Source: Escherichia coli
Lineage (GTDB): Bacteria; Pseudomonadota; Gammaproteobacteria; Enterobacterales; Enterobacteriaceae
DNA: 64,000 bases
Assembly: GCF_046105845.1 (NCBI RefSeq)
Contig: NZ_CP151004.1
Strand: one strand, 5' to 3'
Position 1 is the first letter of the stretch; each line of letters starts with the position of its first letter. The notes under the pieces are model-generated. The model did no database searches. It saw nothing but the letters and a program-made list of their open reading frames with translations, and was not told the origin of the DNA. Position numbers and translations under genes: made by a program. Shown in pieces: positions 57,182-64,000 of the stretch.

Positions 57182-59251
57182 ATGTCTGAGAAAACTTTTC
57201 TGGTGGAAATCGGCACTGAAGAGCTGCCACCAAAAGCACTGCGCAGCCTGGCTGAGTCCTTTGCTGCGAACTTTACTGCGGAGCTGGATAACGCTGGCCT
57301 CGCACACGGCACCGTTCAATGGTTTGCTGCTCCGCGTCGTCTGGCGCTGAAAGTAGCTAACCTGGCGGAAGCGCAACCGGATCGTGAAATCGAAAAACGC
57401 GGCCCGGCGATTGCCCAGGCGTTCGACGCTGAAGGCAAACCGAGCAAAGCGGCAGAAGGTTGGGCGCGTGGTTGTGGTATTACCGTTGACCAGGCTGAGC
57501 GTCTGACTACCGATAAAGGCGAATGGCTGCTGTATCGCGCCCACGTGAAGGGCGAAAGCACCGAAGCTCTGCTGCCGAATATGGTTGCGACTTCGCTGGC
57601 GAAACTGCCGATCCCGAAACTGATGCGTTGGGGCGCAAGCGACGTGCACTTCGTGCGTCCGGTGCACACCGTGACCATGCTGCTGGGCGACAAAGTCATT
57701 CCGGCAACCATTCTGGGCATTCAGTCCGATCGCGTGATTCGCGGCCACCGCTTTATGGGCGAGCCGGAATTCACTATCGACAATGCCGATCAATACCCGG
57801 AAATTCTGCGTGAGCGCGGGAAAGTCATCGCCGATTACGAAGAACGTAAGGCGAAGATTAAAGCCGATGCCGAAGAAGCAGCGCGTAAGATTGGCGGTAA
57901 CGCTGACTTAAGCGAAAGCCTGTTGGAAGAAGTGGCTTCGCTGGTGGAATGGCCGGTTGTGCTGACCGCAAAATTCGAAGAGAAATTCCTCGCGGTGCCG
58001 TCTGAAGCGCTGGTTTACACCATGAAAGGTGACCAGAAATACTTCCCGGTGTATGCGAACGACGGCAAACTGCTGCCGAACTTTATCTTCGTTGCCAACA
58101 TCGAATCGAAAGATCCGCAGCAAATTATCTCTGGTAACGAGAAAGTCGTTCGTCCACGTCTGGCGGATGCCGAGTTCTTCTTCAACACCGACCGTAAAAA
58201 ACGTCTGGAAGATAACCTGCCGCGCCTGCAAACCGTGTTGTTCCAGCAACAGCTGGGTACACTGCGCGACAAAACTGACCGCATCCAGGCGCTGGCTGGC
58301 TGGATTGCTGAACAGATTGGCGCTGACGTTAACCACGCAACCCGTGCGGGCCTGCTGTCCAAGTGCGACCTGATGACCAACATGGTCTTCGAGTTCACCG
58401 ACACCCAGGGCGTTATGGGGATGCACTACGCGCGTCACGATGGCGAAGCGGAAGATGTTGCAGTGGCGCTGAACGAGCAGTATCAGCCGCGCTTTGCCGG
58501 TGATGACCTGCCGTCTAACCCGGTAGCCTGTGCGCTGGCGATTGCTGACAAGATGGATACTCTGGCGGGTATCTTCGGTATCGGCCAGCATCCGAAAGGC
58601 GACAAAGACCCGTTTGCGTTGCGTCGTGCCGCACTTGGCGTACTGCGTATTATCGTTGAGAAGAACCTCAACCTTGATCTGCAAACGCTGACCGAAGAAG
58701 CAGTGCGTCTGTATGGCGATAAGCTGACTAATGCCAACGTGGTTGATGATGTTATCGACTTTATGCTTGGTCGCTTCCGCGCCTGGTATCAGGACGAAGG
58801 TTACACCGTTGACACCATCCAGGCGGTACTGGCGCGTCGTCCGACGCGTCCGGCTGATTTCGATGCCCGTATGAAAGCGGTATCGCACTTCCGTACCCTG
58901 GAAGCAGCTGCAGCACTGGCGGCGGCGAACAAACGTGTATCCAACATTCTGGCGAAATCTGACGAAGTGCTGAGCGACCGCGTGAATGCCTCTACTCTGA
59001 AAGAGCCGGAAGAAATTAAACTGGCGATGCAGGTGGTTGTGCTGCGTGACAAGCTGGAGCCGTACTTTGCGGAAGGTCGTTACCAGGATGCACTGGTCGA
59101 ACTGGCTGAGCTGCGTGAACCGGTCGATGCTTTTTTCGATAAAGTGATGGTAATGGTTGATGACAAAGAATTGCGTATCAACCGTCTGACCATGCTGGAG
59201 AAACTGCGCGAACTGTTCCTGCGAGTTGCGGATATTTCGCTGTTACAGTAA
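57182..59251 (+). CDS. glyS: glycine--tRNA ligase beta subunit
   Basis: 689 aa [27 protein letters not shown]. Confidence 0.95.
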   Translation: MSEKTFLVEIGTEELPPKALRSLAESFAANFTAELDNAGLAHGTVQWFAAPRRLALKVANLAEAQPDREIEKRGPAIAQAFDAEGKPSKAAEGWARGCGITVDQAERLTTDKGEWLLYRAHVKGESTEALLPNMVATSLAKLPIPKLMRWGASDVHFVRPVHTVTMLLGDKVIPATILGIQSDRVIRGHRFMGEPEFTIDNADQYPEILRERGKVIADYEERKAKIKADAEEAARKIGGNADLSESLLEEVASLVEWPVVLTAKFEEKFLAVPSEALVYTMKGDQKYFPVYANDGKLLPNFIFVANIESKDPQQIISGNEKVVRPRLADAEFFFNTDRKKRLEDNLPRLQTVLFQQQLGTLRDKTDRIQALAGWIAEQIGADVNHATRAGLLSKCDLMTNMVFEFTDTQGVMGMHYARHDGEAEDVAVALNEQYQPRFAGDDLPSNPVACALAIADKMDTLAGIFGIGQHPKGDKDPFALRRAALGVLRIIVEKNLNLDLQTLTEEAVRLYGDKLTNANVVDDVIDFMLGRFRAWYQDEGYTVDTIQAVLARRPTRPADFDARMKAVSHFRTLEAAAALAAANKRVSNILAKSDEVLSDRVNASTLKEPEEIKLAMQVVVLRDKLEPYFAEGRYQDALVELAELREPVDAFFDKVMVMVDDKELRINRLTMLEKLRELFLRVADISLLQ

Positions 59252-59269
59252 TAATGCCGTTATTAAATA

Positions 59270-59295
59270 GCCTGCCATCTGGCAGGCTTTTTTTA
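59270..59295 (+). terminator. rho-independent terminator of glyQS
   Basis: gcctgccatctggcaggc stem-loop followed by a T7 run. Confidence 0.75.
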
Positions 59296-59573
59296 TCGCT
59301 AAATAATACAGCAACCTTTAATAATCTTCTGATGAATAAAGATTATCTCATATATTAATTTTATGAGATTTTTTTAGGATTATATCAAGGAGAAGAAACG
59401 AACTTATTAAGCTAGAATAGCCACGGGTGCTTGAGACTGTTTGTCTCAGGTATTCACCGAAAGGCAGACAGAGAAAAGCCCCACCTGACTATAAATCAAA
59501 GTGAGGCCCCTCTATGCATAGACACCATAAGGTTAGCCTCTTACTCGTTGGAAATCAACACAGGAGGCTGGGA

Positions 59574-59726
59574 ATGCCGCAGAAATATAGATTACTTTCT
59601 TTAATAGTGATTTGTTTCACGCTTTTATTTTTCACCTGGATGATAAGAGATTCACTGTGTGAATTGCATATTAAACAGGAGAGTTATGAGCTGGCGGCGT
59701 TTTTAGCCTGCAAATTGAAAGAGTAA
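59574..59726 (+). CDS. hokA: Hok-family type I toxin (small membrane peptide)
   Basis: 50 aa MPQKYRLLSLIVICFTLLFFTWMIRDSLCELHIKQESYELAAFLACKLKE; overlapping upstream frame 59514.. corresponds to mok. Confidence 0.85.
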   Translation: MPQKYRLLSLIVICFTLLFFTWMIRDSLCELHIKQESYELAAFLACKLKE

Positions 59727-59857
59727 GCGTCTTCGGCGGGAAATTATTCCCGCCTTTCTTACGGTGTTGCGCATTCTCATTGCACCCAAATTTATTCTTC
59801 ACAAAAATAACACTAGATTCTATTACGCGATCGATTATTTATTTCCTGAAAAACAAA

Positions 59858-59888
59858 TAAAAAAATCCCCGCCAAATGGCAGGGATCT
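59858..59888 (-). terminator. rho-independent terminator of cspA
   Basis: Minus strand reads atccctgccatttggcgggga followed by T run, just downstream of the cspA stop. Confidence 0.55.
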
Positions 59889-59913
59889 TAGATTCTGTGC
59901 TTTTAAGCAGAGA

Positions 59914-60126
59914 TTACAGGCTGGTTACGTTGCCAGCTGCCGGGCCTTTAGCGCCGCTTTCGATGGTGAAGGACACTTTCTGACCTTCGTCCAGAGATTT
60001 GTAACCATCGTTCTGGATAGCAGAGAAGTGTACGAACACGTCTTTAGAGCCATCGTCAGGAGTGATGAAGCCGAAGCCTTTGTCAGCGTTGAACCATTTT
60101 ACGATACCAGTCATTTTACCGGACAT
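59914..60126 (-). CDS. cspA: major cold-shock protein
   Basis: 70 aa [37 protein letters not shown] with RNP1/RNP2 motifs. Confidence 0.95.
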
Positions 60127-60290
60127 AGTGTATTACCTTTAATAATTAAGTGTGCCTTTCGGCGATATGGCGTGCTTTACAGATTTTGAAGCGTTAAAGG
60201 AATGTGCACTACGAGGGGTATCAACGATAACTCTTGAAGAGGACTTGCCTTACTACACTGCTTTAATGGTCTGTACGTCAAACCGTTGAG
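60127..60290 (-). promoter_or_regulatory. cspA long 5-prime UTR region (cold-box / thermosensing leader)
   Basis: About 160 nt non-coding leader upstream of cspA; function from established knowledge, boundaries approximate. Confidence 0.5.
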
Positions 60291-60406
60291 TGCATTAAGC
60301 CACGCATTGGCGGGTGATGCAACAATTATTTTTCATATTTATGATTAATCGGTTGGAAAACGGTCCTGTCATCAGGACCGTAAACAGCAATAAAGTGGAT
60401 AAAAGT

Positions 60407-60697
60407 CTATTCCATCAACTGCTTACTTAATGCCGGGTTGGCTTGAATCAAACGCATCAATTTTAGTTCGGCACTTGAAGGCTTCACGCGTCTGGATTCC
60501 CATTCCTTTACCATGGCGACTGATACGCCCAAAACCCGGGCGAAATCATCGATTTTTAACCCTGTCCCTTTTCGTAACTGCTCAATTTCGGTACAGGATG
60601 TTGTTCTGTGCGTCAGGGTAATTTTCTGCGTTTCATCTTTAAAAACAATCTGTTCCAGGCTGCTCAACAGCTCATGCATTGGATCTTTATATTCCAT
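60407..60697 (-). CDS. yiaG: XRE-family HTH transcriptional regulator
   Basis: 96 aa MEYKDPMHELLSSLEQIVF... with HTH LKIDDFARVLGVSVAMVKEWE. Confidence 0.8.
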   Translation of the reverse strand: MEYKDPMHELLSSLEQIVFKDETQKITLTHRTTSCTEIEQLRKGTGLKIDDFARVLGVSVAMVKEWESRRVKPSSAELKLMRLIQANPALSKQLME

Positions 60698-61130
60698 TGA
60701 AAACTCCTCAAATCACACTGCGGGATCGTGAATTGCATCGAAGCTCATTAAGAATAGTCGGGAAAAGCAGACACAGCGGGGTGAAGTCAGGGCATGCTCT
60801 GGCTATGATTCGATTCAGCCAGTCATTTAGCGTGACTTATAGCCACCTAACGATCTGATAAATGCCGATATATCTCTTACCACTCCCGGTTTGTAAAGAT
60901 TTCGAAAATCTAACGTTCTGAGAAGGTGTAAATCTCTGGCAACAAAAAAAGCAACGGCACTATCATTTTTTAACAATGAAACAACAAATTAACCTTGTTT
61001 CATTTTCTCCATGATTTTACCAGGAAGATTACGTAGAAAGGGTATCCTGCAAGCCTGTCCTGGACTATCCTTGTCACGTCAGACACGCGTGTGTCGTTGT
61101 GCGCTTTTTTTGGGTGAAAGGAGTAAGAAA

Positions 61131-61841
61131 ATGGCGACAGGAAAGTCCTGCTCTCGCTGGTTTGCGCCTCTTGCGGCGTTATTAATGGTAGTTAGCCTGA
61201 GTGGGTGTTTTGATAAAGAAGGCGATCAGCGTAAAGCGTTTATCGACTTCCTGCAGAATACAGTGATGCGTAGCGGTGAACGTCTACCAACCCTGACTGC
61301 CGATCAGAAAAAACAGTTTGGTCCTTTTGTCTCTGATTACGCGATTCTGTATGGTTATTCTCAGCAGGTGAATCAGGCGATGGATTCCGGTCTGCGCCCG
61401 GTCGTAGACAGCGTTAACGCAATTCGCGTACCGCAGGATTACGTTACGCAAAGCGGCCCACTGCGTGAAATGAACGGTTCTCTGGGCGTACTGGCGCAAC
61501 AGCTGCAAAATGCGAAGTTGCAGGCCGATGCTGCGCACTCTGCGCTAAAACAGAGCGATGACCTGAAACCGGTTTTCGATCAGGCATTCACCAAAGTGGT
61601 AACGACGCCAGCTGATGCATTGCAACCGTTGATTCCGGCGGCACAAACTTTCACGCAACAACTGGTGATGGTTGGAGACTACATTGCTCAGCAAGGTACT
61701 CAGGTGAGTTTTGTCGCAAATGGCATCCAGTTCCCGACTTCGCAGCAGGCAAGTGAATATAACAAACTGATTGCGCCATTACCGGCACAACATCAGGCGT
61801 TTAATCAGGCCTGGACTACAGCAGTTACTGCAACCCAATAA
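61131..61841 (+). CDS. yiaF: YiaF (DUF3053) putative lipoprotein
   Basis: 236 aa from MATGKSCSRWFAPLAALLMVVSLSGCFD (lipobox); the ORF track has a 40-codon extension. Confidence 0.8.
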   Translation: MATGKSCSRWFAPLAALLMVVSLSGCFDKEGDQRKAFIDFLQNTVMRSGERLPTLTADQKKQFGPFVSDYAILYGYSQQVNQAMDSGLRPVVDSVNAIRVPQDYVTQSGPLREMNGSLGVLAQQLQNAKLQADAAHSALKQSDDLKPVFDQAFTKVVTTPADALQPLIPAAQTFTQQLVMVGDYIAQQGTQVSFVANGIQFPTSQQASEYNKLIAPLPAQHQAFNQAWTTAVTATQ

Positions 61842-61890
61842 AGAGTAAAAGCCCGGGCGATTATCGGGCTTTACTCCACGCAGTCGCGGC

Positions 61891-62865
61891 TTAGTCCGCG
61901 ACGTGCGGATTCACACAGTTCTTCTCAACCTTTCCTTGTAACGCATCAATCAAATTATCCACGGCACAGGCGGCCATGCCATAACGCGTCTCATGGGTGG
62001 CAGATCCAATATGCGGTACTGCGACGACGTTGGCCATTGAGAGCAACGGCGAATCTACGGAAAGTGGCTCTTGTTCGAAGACATCCAGCCCGGCGGCGTG
62101 AATTTCCCCTTTCTGCAATGCAGCAATCAGTGCATTTTCATCAACCACCGGGCCACGTCCGGCATTAATGAAAATGGCGGAGGATTTCATTTTGGCGAAT
62201 TGTTCTGCGCCAAACAGATGATGCGTTTCATCAGTTAACGGCAGGATCAGGCAAACGAAATCTGACTCTTGTAACAGTGTATCCAAATCGCAGTAGCGGG
62301 CGTTGAAGCGTTCTTCTGCTTCTTTATGGTGGCGGCGCGCGTTATAGAGGATGGGCATGTTGAAGCCAAAGTGCGCACGTTGTGCCAGCGCCATGCCGAT
62401 CCGTCCCATCCCGACAATGCCCAGTGTTTTATGGTGAACGTCAGTGCCATACCAGTCCGGACCTATGCTCGCGGTCCATTCGCCTGCTTTTACTCGTTCT
62501 GCTACCTCCACAACCCGACGAGCGGTAGACAACACCAGCGCCATCAGCGTATCGGCGACGGTTTCTGTTAATACGGTTGGCGTGTGCATCAGCAGAATTT
62601 TTCGGGCGGTAAGCGCATCGACATCAAAATTGTCATAGCCGACGGAGATCGTTGATGTGGCACGCAGTTTCGGCATTTTTTCCAGCAATGCGGCATCAAC
62701 ATTCTCGTTTGAACCCAGTAAACCTTCAGCTTCGGCAAAAATTGCTGCATTTTGTTCGACGGTTTGTGGGCTGAGGTTTGCCACCTGGTGAACGGTGAAA
62801 TGCTCTTGCAGGCGTTGCAGTAAATCATCAGGTAAGGCTTTGTAGAGGATAACGGACGGCTTCAT
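61891..62865 (-). CDS. ghrB: glyoxylate/hydroxypyruvate reductase B
   Basis: 324 aa from [24 protein letters not shown]-2-hydroxyacid dehydrogenase fold with GxGxxG (GIVGMGRIG). Confidence 0.9.
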   Translation of the reverse strand: MKPSVILYKALPDDLLQRLQEHFTVHQVANLSPQTVEQNAAIFAEAEGLLGSNENVDAALLEKMPKLRATSTISVGYDNFDVDALTARKILLMHTPTVLTETVADTLMALVLSTARRVVEVAERVKAGEWTASIGPDWYGTDVHHKTLGIVGMGRIGMALAQRAHFGFNMPILYNARRHHKEAEERFNARYCDLDTLLQESDFVCLILPLTDETHHLFGAEQFAKMKSSAIFINAGRGPVVDENALIAALQKGEIHAAGLDVFEQEPLSVDSPLLSMANVVAVPHIGSATHETRYGMAACAVDNLIDALQGKVEKNCVNPHVAD

Positions 62866-62968
62866 GCTTCTCTCCATTCACTGATAAGGCGATCACCTTA
62901 GCCTGAAATATGATGAAGGAAAACTGAAGAATGCCAGGTGATTTCTGCATCACCTGGCATGAAAGGGA

Positions 62969-63628
62969 TTACAGCGGGCTTAAGGTAATTTCTACACGGC
63001 GGTTTTGCGCCTTACCTTCTGCGGTGCTGTTGCTGGCGATTGGGTTAGCCGGGCCAAGGCCCTGAGTACGGATGCGGCTGGCGTCCACGCCCTGGGTGAT
63101 CAACGCGCTGGCAACGGAATCCGCACGCTGCTGGGAGAGACGCATGTTCAGGTCGTGACCACCCGTGCTGTCGGTATAACCAATCACGTTAACCGCCGTT
63201 TTCGGATACTCTTTCAGCACCATTGCCACGCCGGTCAGGGTGTTAGCGCCCGCCGGTTTCAGGGTCGCGCTGCTGCTGTCGAAGGTCACATTGTTCGGCA
63301 TATTGAGGATAATGTTATCCCCGCTGCGGGTTACGCTAACACCAGTGCCGCGCATTTTGTCACGCAGCTTCGCTTCCTGTACATCCATGTAATAACCAAC
63401 GCCGCCGCCCAGAGCTGCACCCGCTGCTGCGCCAATCAGCGCGCCTTTACCGCGATCTTTCTTCGAAGAAGAGAGCGCACCAATACCCGCGCCAACGAGA
63501 GAGCCCAGACCTGCGCCGATAGCAGATTTACCTGCTTCGCGTTCGCCAGTGTAAGGGTTAGTTGTGCAGCCAGATACCGCCAGAGCGCCACTCACTACGG
63601 CGGCAATAAGATAAACACGTTTCTTCAT
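62969..63628 (-). CDS. yiaD: OmpA-family lipoprotein
   Basis: 219 aa with lipobox AVSGC, Gly-rich segment and C-terminal OmpA-like domain. Confidence 0.85.
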   Translation of the reverse strand: MKKRVYLIAAVVSGALAVSGCTTNPYTGEREAGKSAIGAGLGSLVGAGIGALSSSKKDRGKGALIGAAAGAALGGGVGYYMDVQEAKLRDKMRGTGVSVTRSGDNIILNMPNNVTFDSSSATLKPAGANTLTGVAMVLKEYPKTAVNVIGYTDSTGGHDLNMRLSQQRADSVASALITQGVDASRIRTQGLGPANPIASNSTAEGKAQNRRVEITLSPL

Positions 63629-63780
63629 TGTTAATCCTTAATAAACTTTTTATTCTTTGCCACGGGTTCCGTGGCGGGAGATTATGCCGCGTGAACATGA
63701 AGATTATTCCTGGGAATACTCGGAAATTTGTAAGTAATATTTAACTGCTCAATACATCTAACCTTTCAGGAGTCTTCGGT

Positions 63781-64000
63781 TTGGCCAACTCATCCTCACG
63801 ATATTCCGTTCTGACTGCCGCCCACTGGGGGCCCATGCTGGTTGAAACCGACGGCGAAACCGTGTTTAGCTCGCGTGGCGCGTTAGTCACAGGAATGGAA
63901 AACTCCTTGCAGAGCGCGGTTCGCGACCAGGTTCACAGCAATACGCGGGTACGATTTCCAATGGTGCGCAAAGGCTTTCTCGCGTCACCGGAAAACCCGC
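63781..64000 (+). CDS. bisC: biotin sulfoxide reductase, N-terminal part only; gene runs off the window end
   Basis: From TTG (RBS aggag 9 nt upstream) translation reads (M)ANSSSRYSVLTAAHWGPMLVETDGETVFSSRGALVTGMENSLQ..., matching the BisC N-terminus; not in the ORF track because of the non-ATG start and truncation. Confidence 0.7.
   Translation, partial: MANSSSRYSVLTAAHWGPMLVETDGETVFSSRGALVTGMENSLQSAVRDQVHSNTRVRFPMVRKGFLASPENP

Noticed and set aside
56489-57793. 434-aa minus-strand ORF
   Set aside because: Antisense to glyQ/glyS; GC-rich wobble positions of highly expressed genes often leave long open antisense frames.
57908-58888. 326-aa minus-strand ORF
   Set aside because: Antisense to glyS; no supporting start context or domain features.
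63005-63634. 209-aa plus-strand ORF
   Set aside because: Antisense to yiaD, which has a lipobox and OmpA-like C-terminus; the antisense product is low complexity.

Overview
This window reads as an Escherichia coli-type chromosomal segment, syntenic with the K-12 lld-mtl-sel-yia-xyl-gly-cspA-bisC region but in reverse orientation, with several non-K-12 accessory blocks. All identifications come from reading the translated ORFs and the DNA by eye; no searches were run, and K-12 comparisons are from memory. Conserved backbone, in window order: lldR (partial), lldP, yibL, yibT, mtlR-mtlD-mtlA, yibI-yibH, yibF, selA-selB, aldB, sgbE-sgbU-sgbH-lyxK-yiaONMLK, yiaJ, ysaA, avtA, malS, bax, xylR, xylHGF, xylAB, yiaB, yiaA, wecH, ysaB, glyQS, hokA, cspA, yiaG, yiaF, ghrB, yiaD, bisC (partial). 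Accessory content: (1) a 1808-aa trimeric autotransporter adhesin (UpaG/EhaG/SadA-like) with a long tandem-repeat stalk, preceded by a SadB-like coiled-coil lipoprotein, between lldP and yibL; (2) two tandem, diverged iron-type alcohol dehydrogenase genes after selB, the first with an apparent frameshift in a T7 run; (3) a 431-aa Fic-domain protein with a C-terminal HTH-like region, preceded by two copies of a 31-bp palindrome; (4) a HicA/HicB toxin-antitoxin pair bracketed by REP-like sequence; (5) a GH127-like glycosidase, a GPH-family symporter and an AraC-family regulator occupying the position where K-12 has yiaTUVW. The rhsA block of K-12 is absent between yibF and yibH, and no IS150 lies between hokA and glyS. 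No rRNA, tRNA, CRISPR array, transposase or integrase was seen. The best candidates for something not well described are the Fic locus with its paired palindromes, the glycosidase-transporter-regulator cassette next to the sgb/yia genes, and the framed-out alcohol dehydrogenase paralog. Small-motif coordinates may be off by 1-2 nt.
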